DNA of 64,000 nucleotides, taken from Macrostomum lignano. Taxonomy: Eukaryota. This document shows, piece by piece, positions 34,026 through 46,862 of this stretch. The DNA lies in assembly GCA_002269645.1 (NCBI GenBank), contig NIVC01003341.1, positions 39,274-103,273 on the forward strand, given 5' to 3'. The first letter of the stretch is position 1, and each line of letters opens with the position of its first letter. A program made the position numbers and the translations under genes. Below the pieces are notes generated by a model. That model was given only the letters and a program-made list of their open reading frames with translations, ran no database searches and was not told the origin of the DNA.

Positions 34026-34796
34026 TCACTCAAATGGTGATAGGCACTCGCATAGACTTTTGAAACTGTCGGCCTCTTTTAAGTCGGCAAGGCGGCTCCT
34101 AGATTGGTAAAAGCCAACAGCAGCTTCAGCATTCGCATAATTATTAGGCTCCAGACTGTTCCACAGAGTTCCATCCAGGGTGATGTTGCAGCCGACCCAG
34201 TACCAGCCACCGCCCGGCTCAGTGCTGTTGGTAGTTTGGAAGCCTCCTAGAAAAATTGAATGACCAAACAAACCGTTTTTGTTCCTTATAAGCTCGATTT
34301 TATTCATCTCAGCGTCGTCCATCACGTCGGCCATGATCACCAGCCCGAGCTCCGCCTCGCACTTCTGTCTGCTCAGCCACCAGCTTCCAGCCTCAGCCAG
34401 CAGCTTGTACTTCACTCCGCACAGGTCGTCTCCGTAGCCAGCCGGACACAGAGCGCCCGGCCGCAGTCCCGGCTGCTGCTTCACAAACACGCGGCCTCTC
34501 CTGGAGCAGCCGCAGTCCTTCACCGACTTGCTGCACCTGTCGAACACGAACAGCTGGCACGGAGAGTCGGCTGTGCTGAATGCCTGGCAGCGCTGGTTGC
34601 CGCTGCACAGGGCGGCGCACTCGATCTTGCTGGCAGCTCGCGGGTGAGACTGCACGAACTCAGGCCTGATGCACAGGCTGCCCTCGATGCTTTGGTAGTT
34701 GGACAGTCCTTGGCTACCAGCTGCGGCACCAAGAATAGCCAGGACAAGCAGTGCAGCAGCAGTGGCCACAATGATAGCTTGATTGCAGATAGCCAT
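34026..34796 (-). CDS. Secreted PAN/apple-like + C-type lectin domain protein, copy 2 (EPN motif), intronless, 256 aa
   Basis: Same architecture as copy 1. CTLD IFLGG, WYW, W...EPNN and LCEC. The ATG is chosen by alignment with copy 1. Confidence 0.88.
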   Translation of the reverse strand: MAICNQAIIVATAAALLVLAILGAAAGSQGLSNYQSIEGSLCIRPEFVQSHPRAASKIECAALCSGNQRCQAFSTADSPCQLFVFDRCSKSVKDCGCSRRGRVFVKQQPGLRPGALCPAGYGDDLCGVKYKLLAEAGSWWLSRQKCEAELGLVIMADVMDDAEMNKIELIRNKNGLFGHSIFLGGFQTTNSTEPGGGWYWVGCNITLDGTLWNSLEPNNYANAEAAVGFYQSRSRLADLKEADSFKSLCECLSPFE

Positions 34797-37207
34797 AGTT
34801 TTTGTAGAGTTTGACGCTTTTAGTGTGACGATCAAGGTGTCATGGTGAAACATGCAGAGAGCAGGGCTTTGATAGAGCTGTGATATCACAGCTTTTATCC
34901 ATGGTTTCAAGGCAGGTAACATGCAGGGAAGCTGCAAATTCCTCCCATAGCAACGCAAACAAAGAAGACGAACAGAAACTAGCATCGGATGACAGCGGTT
35001 GGAGCGCTCCAAGACACCCGTCATTAATTCCCTTCACGCGGACAGTTACAAACGTTCTCCATCCTCGCTTCCATTCCTTAGTTTCCTACCCCTGCATGGC
35101 TGTCGGGAAAATAATGACGAACAGATAAGGACAAATTCAAAACTAGAAATCACGTTGAGACCTTGTTAACGTCTTTCAGTCAACATACGAGTTTACACAG
35201 CATATTCTTAGAAAGTTTAGGCCTGTGAAAGCAAGCGCGGAAGTGCTACACCCGCTCAGATGCGTTAAGATATAGAAAACTACGGCTTGCCTTTACAACA
35301 AATGGAGAAGACTGCATGGTTTAAAGCCTGCTGCTTGCTGAAAGCTTAAAGAAAATTCTAAAAATACTGAGCCCGTATTGACAGTTTTTCTCTTCACTTC
35401 TCGCTTTAAAGCTCAATGCATCACTTTTCTAGCGAGGCGCCTACCAAGACGCCAAAAATTGGCTCCCCTACAATTTAAATTTCTGCCGTACGCCACCAAA
35501 ATTGTTTTATCAGGTCTCCAGCTATGCTACAAGCTACGCTGTGATAGCTAGAGCACTCTGTTAATGCGGCAGATGCGGTCTAGCAAAGCTGTGATCAATC
35601 ATTCATCAAAACAGTATGTTTAATTTATTGTACATGCACAAATAATTGGAATCTAGGGTCAGGGGCGCTCCGAGTGGTCGCGCCCCCTGTTAGTGATGAC
35701 GTGCATTTTCGCCAAAATTTATAGCCATCACATCTCCGCCCTATAGGGGTTTATCCTCCAAAATCCGCGCCCCTCCACAAAATCCAAAAATTCACCAATG
35801 AATCGGATATGGTCTGCCAGTGCATATACAAGGGTCCTGGAGTTTATACTTACAGTTCTATGCCTGCCATGCAAGATTTGAAGAAAATTTAGTCGTCATC
35901 GCTAAACGAGCACAGTAGCTAGTTCCAGAAAATCAATAAGCAAAGGCCATGCGATTTCGTGCCCTATAGACGAAAGAACCCTAGATGACATTGGCTTGGG
36001 GTTTCTTACAAGATCTGACTTGAACTGCGCCCTAAGTTCTTGCAAGAGCTCAGCAGATCTTCGCCATTGAAATACATAGTCAATTCTTACCAGATCTTCT
36101 GAACAGATCATGCAAGATCTTCGGGCCAGATCTGCTAAGATGACACAGGATCATGCAAGTTCTTGAGGCCATATCTTCCAAGAAGATACAAGATTAGTCA
36201 AGATCTGATAAGGCATCGAAGATGAATGTCTATAGCACGCAATGCGCGTGCAGTACCTCTATGGTGCATACATAATCAAAATTTTAAGACTCGGGAACTC
36301 GGGAAGTTACCTGAAGAAAAAAGTAATATAAACAAAAGAAAATTTTTCTCTGCATTTTATTATTGGGTGAATTATTGTGGCACTATTGGGCAATTCCCTA
36401 TTTAAACATTTTTACTATTTCATTTTTATTTATAATTTACATACAGAGAGCATATAGTATTTACAAAAGCATGAACACAAAAACATAAAGGCGTAATGAA
36501 GTAGCAAACACAGCAAAATACAATAAAATTCCATTGCAAAAATTATAGCAAATTATAATTAAATTGCAATCTCGACAAGCATGCGATATAAACTAAATTA
36601 TAAACATTTTCCTTAAAAATGTTGCTAAAACAAATCTTTACAAAATTAGGCTATCATACATATATAGTCATTGGCTCATTTCCTTTATAGCTAACACAAA
36701 ATTTAGAAAGTAAAAATTCACAATCAAATTGCAATTCGTCCAATTTAATATTTAAAGTATTCTACTGTAAGTAGAAAGTATAACATTTGAGTAAAATTGC
36801 AATTTAATTAATTTTGTGGAAATAAAATTACAATTACGGCAATTATATAAAATTCTTGGCAATATTTCTAATTTCATCCCAATCCGGGTGTCTTGGAGGG
36901 GAGGGAACGGCACATCTTAAGAGCAAATTGCTTCTGCAAGAATAAGTGTTGAACAAATTTCTCTAAAATCAGAGTAACTATAGTAACTTTTGCTCATCGA
37001 AATTTCCGTTTTGCCATATTGCATTACCAACCGTTTCTTTCTGTTAATTTGATGCCAGTTAGTTAAAAAACCCCCCATTCTGATATAGCTGCATTAAAAA
37101 CTGTTTACAAAACTGTATTTTGAAAAGTAAACTAGAAAAGTTTTTTAAAGTATTAAGTTTCGCAAATCTGTTCACCAAAGGCGGCTAGGCATAATGACAG
37201 TTAGAGT

Positions 37208-37320
37208 GCAGCTGGGCACCGAAGGCAGCTGGGCACCGAAGGCAGCTGGGCACCAAAGGCAGCTGGGCACCGAAGGCAGCTGGGCACCGAAGGCAGCTGG
37301 GCACCGAAGGCTGAGCACCA
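37208..37320. repeat. 17-bp minisatellite (GCAGCTGGGCACCGAAG) x ~6
   Basis: Directly visible. Confidence 0.9.
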
Positions 37321-40300
37321 ATGCACAGTAGGCAACGCAGGGCATCTGGCAGGGAAATGAAGATATTTGTGACACTGACAAGACTAATATTATTCACTTT
37401 CTACTTCGAAATTCGGATTTTAGAGCTAAGTAAGCAATATATTAGGTTTTTAAACTACATATTATTTTGCACTTGTAGCTTGTACTAGTAATACCCAGAG
37501 CGGCTGAAGATAGACAAAATTTAATCTAGTAAGCAAAATAAAAATGTACTCATAATCAGAGAACGAAAAAACGACACGAATGTGTAGGCGCGCTGCCTGC
37601 TTACCTGCTAGGGTTGCTCATACTGCTGGGGCTGCCGTGTCGCCGCAGTGCTCATGCATACTGTGTGCACCTGCCAAGGGGGACGCAAAGTTGGGTATGA
37701 AGTTCTGTAGATATTGGGTTTAATATTGGTTGTAAGTTCTGTAGATTCTTACTGACATCTAAAGTTATTACAGACCGAATGGATCAAATTCAAGATAGTG
37801 TTAATGTACTAATTACGAAAAAATATACTTTGGTTTTACACAGAAGTAAAAAACACGCGCAAATAAATGGGCTACCTAATTGTGTTCGCAGCAGCTCAGA
37901 ATTGGCACAAGGTAGACCTGGTTATCATCGGCCACCAGCAAGCACTTTAGGAAATCCAAACCAATTGGAACAGGAAAGTCGTCGCATCCAAAACTGTCTT
38001 CGTACTGCTGCCGTGAACAACAAAACATATTATTCTTTTTTACTGATAAAATCGGAGAAATTCTGACAGACTGGGTCCCGTGATCAATGCTCTTGATGAC
38101 TCCTACAGATTCGCTAGAACCTAGAATAATTCACGATGAAGCTGATGCACGTTCCTTTCCGAGCATTATCATAGGTATGGAACACCTGCATTCCATTGGA
38201 GAAAGAATTCTTACAACTTATTTTACCATCACGATTTTTGCTTAAAATATTTAGCGGCTGGTGAAGCCTATGCTGATGCATGAAAGGGCGCAAAATAGCT
38301 TGCAAACAGAATTGGTTATCTCCCAAAAGGCTCAACCGATTTTCATTGTTTCTTCAAAATACTAAAAATGATATACAAAAATGGCTCTTCACCACACTTT
38401 TATTATTGATTCCAATGAGTGACTAACAGACAAAACTAATGCTTACCTTTTGCCAGGCAGCTTTCTTGGACACAGAGAACTAAAATGGAATTATATTGGA
38501 TTGCCAGTTAGACTTAGTAAGCTATTACTTTTCGGATATACTTATATTCTACCAGTTTTAGTATAATCCTTAACTTGATGATTGTTAAAGAATTAAGCAT
38601 TGGAGATGTGATTTATAATTCAATACAGCAGCCTGAGCAGTGATAGGCAATGACTAGTTAATAAAAGTTATCTTGAAAAGATAATTTTTTTAAAATAAAA
38701 AACATTAAACATTTAAACTTCAACTCAAGAAACTAACTTTCTTGATAACAAAAAAACTCCAAATTTTCAAAAAATAGCTCTTTTCTGGCTAACTTGTCCA
38801 TTACTGCAAATATGGAAAGATAATAGTAGAAAAGGGACAAAGGCTAGCATAGCAGGCCTTTGTTAGCAAAATAACAAGGTGTTTATTAATATGTTGTTGA
38901 CCACAAAGTCATTACCAAAAACACTATAAAAATATTTTCCAAGGTACACTATCATAAAAATATACATAAATAATGAATACAAAGTCTAAAGTAATTTAAG
39001 TAAACAACCTAGCCCTACATTATAAGCTACCATTATATTTAAAAACTTAAGGACCAGACTAAAGACAAATGCATATATATAACCATTTTAACAACATATT
39101 AAAAATATTTGCATAACTTACCTTGGAAAACATAACATTATTGAGACAAGGCCTCACTATAGGAATTGGTTTTGTTGTACCATAACAAAACAAACACATT
39201 TTGCTGCCTTTGCCTTTCCAAGCCAAAGTAATCCTGGCTTGCTGGTCTGCGTTGCCTTTTAGCCCTTGGACTTTGGCTTGAATGATCACCAGTTTCCATA
39301 TTCTTTCTAAATTAGATAGAAAATTTGCACCTGGAAATTTAAGTTTAGACTTCAGATTAAAATATAATTGTGATCAAAAAAATTATTACTGAGTTTGAAG
39401 AATATTTTATAAAGATACTCATAATCATGACTACTATTATGCATATTTCATAAGCTTAAGGACTAAGGGTAATATGCTTATAAACATGCATTTTCTATTT
39501 AAATCATGACCTCATGATCTCTGGATAATCTTTATAATCCATGATCTTACTTAGCTAGCTTATGGATTAGACCAGTATACTATCTATACTATATACATAG
39601 TCTATATATAGCATTGTCTAAATAGTATATTACTAATAATAACAGCAAACAAAATCAAACATAATATAATTATCAATGAACCATGTAGTTTAAAGTTAGA
39701 AACACCCACTTTTCAGAGTATGGCCCAGTGGCAAATATAGAGCCGCAACCAAAAATTTTTTTTCATACTTTTTGAGGTATAGGACCAAGACCGCCACACA
39801 AAGACTGCCATACTTGGGGGAGCTAGGGGGAGGAATTTGGCTTGCCATGTTATTGGATGATGCTGAGAAAGGGTGAGATGGAGAGAGCCAATAAGACAAG
39901 GCTACAAGAAAGAAACTAGTAAATGGGCCAAGTAGGTAAATAAGCCAGGCTCCTCATTTTTTTCATTCAATTTGAATTGTAAAGGAACTATAAGATAGGC
40001 CTAGGCGTATTGTTAAAATTGCCTTGGTTGACTTGCAACCATTTTGGGCCACTTATTTGCCTTATTGGTAACCAATCTTAGGATATTTCCTCTTATCTAA
40101 CTTTATAACCCATCACAACCAATATGGCAATAGCAATGCAGGAAGATAATAGCTCCCCCTCAGTGTCAATTCCATTAGCCAGTTAGAGCTGTGGCAGTCT
40201 TGGTGTATGGCAGTCTTGGTCATGAGCCCTTTTTTGGTCTACAACTATAATTATGCCAGGTCTATTAAGTAGGCCTATTTTCCAATATTGGGTTGTAGTG

Positions 40301-41949
40301 TTTGGTATAGCTTGGCCCCTTTCTTAAAAGTTTTCTAGATCTGCACTTGGTATGGCCTTTTATAAAATAGAATAAACTAGAGTCTAAGTAAGGGAAGGGC
40401 CTATTTAGGCCTATTCATAGCTCAATAGGCCTAACAGACAATATCAGTTATAGGGTGTATAGTACCATTGTCTGATTATAGAATAGGGTAGGCCTACCCA
40501 TGGCCATGACCCATGAGTCATAGGGAGGGGGAATAGGTTATGTATGGGTACCCTATGGCCTACCTGTCCCTTGGTTAGTAGAGAAGTTAATGAATAATAG
40601 GTAAATAGCCTAGCTAAATAACTGGATATTATATATAATTTATAAGTTGAAAGACCTTATTTTTTCATTCAAACAATAACATTATACCTATGGACATGTT
40701 GTCTGATATAATAATTTGTCAGTTGTCATGGCTTTTTCATCATTTTGACATTGCCATTATTATTGCATTAGCCTAAGAATGATGGAATATATGAGAGACA
40801 AGTTAGACCTAACCTCTAAACTTTAAAGGTATTCTACCTAATTCCAAATGATCCTTACCGATTTAAAGATTAAATCTAAAGCACATTTTGGTATATATGC
40901 GAAAGATTCAATCAACTGATACTATTTTTAGATGGACAACAAGTCAATAATTGCAGATAAGGAGAGGCACGTTTTTCATTACTTTGTTCATACCTATTTT
41001 ACTAGCTAAGGTATAACAAAAAATTTTTCATTGCGATGAAGTCTTTAACCGTTATTCCCTTTTATTTATTGAAAGGAAAATCTAATGTATAAAAAGTGAG
41101 TAACTTGTTTCGGCAACATATATTTAAACATATGTATGTTTAATTTCAAACCTTGTAAAGTAAGATCTGACACGAAGCAGCATATTTTGTTCCATATCTT
41201 GCATGAAAAAGCAGATATGACTGACGCAATTAATGACACTTTAAGCTTAACTAAAGCGTGTTTTTATGTTTGTTACTGTCATATTATTTCTTTCTATACA
41301 TTCCTGATACTCCACACTCATTTGGATAAGAAATTTATGCACTTATCGTGAGCAGATACTAGCCGCATCTGGTAAGATATTACAAGACATAGCAGATGCT
41401 AAGATCTGTTAAGAAATGAAAGTTAAAAACAGATCTGCTACGCGGGTGTGAACAGATTGTCATCTAGGGAAATCTCCTCAAGCCAAGGTACAAAAGACCT
41501 GCAAAAGGTGGATTTTAGATGAAAAAGGTGGGCAATGTAGGGGCCTGTATAGAGGCCTGTAGCAGGGCCTTCGACCGCGACTACACATATCAGAGCAAAA
41601 AAACCTGAAGCCGGCACGTCATCACAGTAGTGCATGCACCCGGTGCGTAACGTTACAGGATTTCGAATGTATGCCAATACATGTACAAAAAGTTTTTTCT
41701 GCTTATCCTTTATGTAGATCATATGTAGATCATATTACTGCCGTTATTTGCAGCTGACATTTTGCAATTAAAATTTATCTTTCGAAGCTTAAATCATACT
41801 TAGACTTAGACGTCTTATTAGTTGAACAACATTTCTTTTCTAGTTAGCTTAATATATGCGTTAATTTGTGCCCAAGAAATGGTCCTTCTCGGCAAACTTT
41901 GTTAAAGTGCTATTACCATTTTTAACTGTTTGAACCCGACCCGATAAGA

Positions 41950-42893
41950 CTATGCAAGGCCCATCATACATACATACATACAAAGGCGGTTGGGCCGCGC
42001 CCATGGTCAGGAAGGTGCAGCGTGTGCGCCGGAATAACATCCATCAAAATTTTTGTTGTGCGCCGCGTGCGCCGAGAAAAAAAAATTACTTGTGCGCCAT
42101 GCGCTGAGAAAAATACACTTAAAAAAGCACCATCAAGTATTAAGTATCTAAATTGAATCAATACCAATGGAAGTTCAAGCAGTTCAATCATAGCTTCTAT
42201 TTGCAAAATATAAGCAAAAAGACGCAACAAAAGCCGCGAAAGGCGCAAATTTGTTAAGTTTGTTAAGTCGATTAATGAAATTTGAAATAGAAACAACATT
42301 GGAAATAACGACTATCGTATCGACTATCGTTTATTTTATTGATTGATTGACATTTAATATACAATATCATTATTATATTGTCACGTACACTGACGTACCT
42401 TGTGCGCCATGCGCCGAGCCATGCACCGATGCACCGAGCCATGCGCCGATGCGCCGAGCCCATGCGCGCGGCGCAGTGAAGTGTGCGCCGTGCGCCGGCA
42501 AATTGCTGATTTGCGCCGGAAAATTCCGAGGATTCTACCGTCTTCCTGGCTGTGGGGCCGCGCCACTCGCGCGCGCGTGCGCGCAGCAGCCTTAGAGACA
42601 CAGAGTGGTCTTCTGGGCGGATTCCGGCCACCAGACAGATGGTTTTGCCAACAAAAAGTTTTCACTATTTGCTGTTTCGGTCACAATAGTGTTTATTTCA
42701 AATGCAGATAGTCGAGATAGATTTATTCTATGTAGGCCTACTGTATTGTATTAAGCTATATACAATACATGTATTTAGCTTGCTTCTTTCAATGCAGTGT
42801 TTTATTTCAAATTTAAATTGAAGTAAATACTTTATATCAGTTGCTTGTAATTTGATGCCTTGCATCTTGAAACCGACCTTGTGCCTTGCATAG
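41950..42893. mobile_element. Probable ~940-bp non-autonomous TIR element with GTGCGCC subterminal repeats
   Basis: Inverted CTATGCAAGGC / GCCTTGCATAG. The GC-rich TGCGCC clusters sit in an AT-rich background. No clear TSD. Confidence 0.45.
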
Positions 42894-44684
42894 GTCAGCA
42901 TCAAAAAGGAAGTATACTACTTGTTAAAGTAAAGTGTTTCTAAGAAAAAACACTTATATTTTAGCTTTTAAATTTTTTTTCATGCAAAAAGAGCAAATGC
43001 AAGAAGGGTAAAAACATGCAATTAACTTTTATACCTTCTTATTTCATCAAAAATAGAACTTGTCAAAAGCAAAAATTATTGATTGCAATTCCATTGATGC
43101 TTATTATTGCTATGCTATTAATATTCTCAGTTGTAGTCAGTATATTCACTGTTGCATAATAAAATTTTGAAAGAAATTGTACTATTTTTATTAATATTAA
43201 TTAAATAACAATAGGCTATAAGGCCTAGTATTAGTATTTGACAAAAAGGATTTTAATGAAAAGGTTTTTGACAAAATAGGCCCCCCTATCTTGTCACCTT
43301 TCAATTCTTTTTGCACAAGCTTGTGCATTAGAGCTGTCAAAATTAGAGATTTTATTCGAGACGAGATTCGAGACGAGAAAGGTTTATAAGTCGAGAAATT
43401 CGAGACGAGACGAGACAAAGTAAATCTAAAAAAATATATTTCAGAATTCAGAATTGCATCTTGTCTTGCTCTTGTCTTGTCTTATCTTGTCTTAAATTTC
43501 TTGACAAGATATAATTCTAAAATATATTTTTTAGATTTTTCAGAATCTAATTGATTCTTTCTTAATTCTAGTTTTAATTCTTTGCTATTTATTCATAAGC
43601 ATTTATGCTAGTAACATATAGGCCCTACTATTACTAATTACAATTAGACCTGCTAGGCCTATATATGATATTGATATTTATTATCATATATATATATATG
43701 CATTGTATAATATTGCATTAAGTTTATGTTAGTCTATAGATTAAATAGTTTATTAACTAAGCCAAGGAAATTGCAACAAAGTAAAATATGCAATCTATAA
43801 AATTATTGGCTTAATATTGCAAGGTAGACTAAATCTAAAGAAATCTAAAGAAAGTAGAAATCTTAGTAGAAGACAATGTTCTACATGTTTAAATCTATAA
43901 ATATATATTTAGCTACTTCTATTATCTATTAATGACTTATTTATTATTGTAGTAAGTATTAGGGCCTAGTAGTAACTTCAAATTAATAGGTTATATAACT
44001 TATTTGGTTAATAATTTTTTTCTTTTTTTACTAATCAATTGATTATAAAACAAAAATTGAAAAATCAATGGTCAAACTAAAGTCAAACTAATCAAACTTT
44101 TATAGCTAGCTAGCTGTTATAAATTTGAATTTGTTTTACTTAAGTACTTAGAAATCTAGAAATCAAATATTTATTAATAATTGGCTAGTTACTTAACTTT
44201 GTCATAGCTATTAGCTAGCTATATAGTTAGTTATAGTTGCCCAGGTGTCTCAATTCCACTGTGTTCCCTGTTTGCCCAGGTGTCTCAATTCCCCTGTGTT
44301 CCCTGTTCGCCCACCTGTGGCTAGTTCTAGCAAACTATAAGTGTAGTAGGTATGTAGGTGAGGTGTAGATTGATAGATATATAGATAGGTAGGTATGTAG
44401 GCTCCTATACTAATGTGCTGATTTGTAAGTATCAAAATCAAGAAATAAACTATAGCATTCCAGAGTCAATCTCCTATGGCCATCTTCTAGTCAAGAAATA
44501 TTCTATTTTTCTGCATATATAGTGCATATATATGTGCATATATAGGCCTTTGCTTTTGTTTCAAAGGGCAAAGCCATCAGCTATAGGGGCATACATGCGC
44601 AACTTCTGAAATTACGCTGGCCATGCGACTTAGTTTTCGATAAAAAATGCGACTTACCTATGAAAGAGGCAAGCAAAAACTTTA

Positions 44685-44748
44685 GGTAAACGGCAGGAGT
44701 AACTATGACCATATTTTTAAAGCTAAATGCCTCGCCAGCTAATTAGTG
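44685..44748 (+). pseudogene. ~64-bp fragment of eukaryotic 28S (LSU) rRNA
   Basis: GGTAAACGGCAGGAGTAACTATGAC matches conserved GGTAAACGGCGGGAGTAACTATGAC at 24/25, and AAATGCCTCGCCAGCTAATTAGTG matches AAATGCCTCGTCATCTAATTAGTG at 22/24, with the correct 15-nt spacing. The comparison is with the conserved 28S sequence recalled from knowledge. Confidence 0.85.
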
Positions 44749-45169
44749 CTGCGTGCAGATTCCGCGTTTTTATAACAGCTAATCAGTATGTCATCTAGTG
44801 GCAGCATGAAGCAATTAGTAAATTGTCAGTACAGTGTAGTGAGCATACTACAAAAGTCATGATTCATGAATGTCCAGAAGTAAGTTAAGTGAATACAGTG
44901 TGACCTATAGCTCAAGAACGATTTGCTAGACGATTTGGCATGGAAGATGAGAGCCCTGATTCAGATGGCTCATCAGATGCACAATACGAATCCAGTAGAG
45001 ATACAAGCTGTGAAAACCCACAGATTTTTAAACCACTGAATTCTAATTCCCGGAACTATTTTTGCATAGATTCTAAATTTGAAGTCATGCTCAAACAAAA
45101 ACTTGTTAACAGTTAGGAAAAAGGCAGATGGGAGTAATGCATGTTAAACTAAGATTTGAGGCCTTTGCA

Positions 45170-45850
45170 AATTCTCTCTATTCCTCAATCTTCTCATCCT
45201 CTTTTTCTTTTCTCTCTCATCCCTTATCCCTTCTCTCTTTCCTCTCCTCTCTCCTCTCTTTCCTCTCCTCTCCTATCTCTTCTGTCTCCTCTCTACATTC
45301 TTATCTCTCCTCTCGTCTCTCTCCATTCCACTCTACTCTCTCATCTTATCTTCCCTCTCGTCTCTCTCCACTCTACTCTCTCATCTTATCTCTCCTCTCT
45401 TTTCTACTCTCTCATCTCTCCTCTCTTCACTCTCCTCTCATCTCCTCTTTATCCTCTCTTCTCTCATCTACTCTCTCCTCTTTACTCTTTCCTCTCTTCT
45501 GATCTCATCCATCATCTTTTCTTTCCTCTTTCCTCTAATCTCCTCTTCTCTCTCATCTCTTTTTTCTCCCTCAGCTTTTCTTTCCTCTTCTATCTTTTCT
45601 CCCATCGCATCGCTCGCCTCTCCTCTGTTTGCTTATCTCTAATCTTCTATTCCCTCTACTTTGAAGTAAGAAAATATGCACATATTTTTGCTGAAGATAA
45701 GAGGAGAGAAGAGGGCATTGAGGAGAAAGGGTAGAGAGAAAGGGGGAGAAGAGAGGAGAGTAAAAATGAGAGGAGAGAGAAGAGGGAAAAGGGGGGAGAG
45801 AGAGAAGAGGGGAGGCAAGGTAGAGAAGAAGAGAGAGATGAGAGTTGAAG
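45170..45850. repeat. Low-complexity polypyrimidine (45170-45660) followed by polypurine (45700-45850) tract
   Basis: Directly visible CT-rich then GA-rich sequence. Confidence 0.9.
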
Positions 45851-46862
45851 AGACACCAACCTTGCTAGTTAGGAAGTTTCAAAGTTTCAAAGACTTGTGG
45901 CTCTCCTGCCACACTTGCACCTACTACCCCCTGATTGCCTCTGATTGTGACTTATTTCCCTCTTATTGCGACTTAGTTGCTTCTTTTTGCGACTTACCTA
46001 ATCTTTTTGCGACTTAGTTGCTTCTTTTTGCGACTTACCTAATCTTTTTTGCGACTTACCTAATCCTTTTTGCGACTTACCTAATCCTTTTGCGACTTAG
46101 CTGATTCTTTTGCGACTTACCTGATTCTTTTTGCGACTTAGTTTGCTTCTTTTGCGACTTACCTGATTCTTTTTGCGACTTAGTTTGCTTCTTTTGCAAC
46201 TTACCTGATTCCTGTTGCGACTTACCTGATCCTTTTTGCAACTTAGTTTGCTTCTTTTGCGACTTACCTGATCCTTTTTGCGACTTACCTGATTATTTTT
46301 ACAACTTAGTTTGCTTCTTTTGCGAATTGTTTTTCTTTTGCTTCACCATTTTCCCTGAACTGCTCTTTCTTTCGCTTTCCTCTTGCCTTTCTTGGTTCTT
46401 GTGTTTTTCTGTTTTTGGTTGACTCAATTTTGCGACTTACCCCTGGTCAGCCACGATTTACGGTGGCCGGATCGGCCAGCTCGGCCAGCAGTTGCGCATG
46501 TATGTATAGGGGCCTAAAGGCTACAACTAGCTGGTCCAATTGCAACCATTGGTGATTGCTAGCTATTGCATAGCCTTAAGCCACATAGGGCATAAATGGG
46601 CCTACCACACTTTGATGGCCAAAAGCAAGTTGAGGGTTTATTTCTTTGCTTTATAAGAAAGTATGCTGATCCACTTGATGAAATTCTCACTGTTAGCATT
46701 TATGAAAGATATAGCAAGTAGTATGACTAAGCACCATTAGATAAAAGAAGACATTGACAATATTGCAATAGGCCTAAGGCCCCCTATTGGAATAAATGTT
46801 AAAAACCCGCGGACGCGCGCTTTAGAAAAGAGTCAAACTATTTTACCGCGCTTTAGGATTAT

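Larger units (their letters stand above)
44590..46504. mobile_element. 1.9-kb non-autonomous DNA transposon (P- or hAT-type) carrying a 28S rDNA fragment, a CT/GA tract and a GCGACTTA array
   Basis: Perfect 15-bp TIR CATACATGCGCAACT / AGTTGCGCATGTATG. Perfect 8-bp TSD TATAGGGG at 44582-44589 and 46505-46512. GCGACTTA motifs lie at both subtermini, with an array at ~45945-46445. Confidence 0.88.

Noticed and set aside
35658-35688. 31-bp CAGGGGCGC...GCGCCCCCTG hairpin as a minimal hAT element
   Set aside because: It is too short and has no TSD, so it cannot be separated from a chance GC palindrome or relic.
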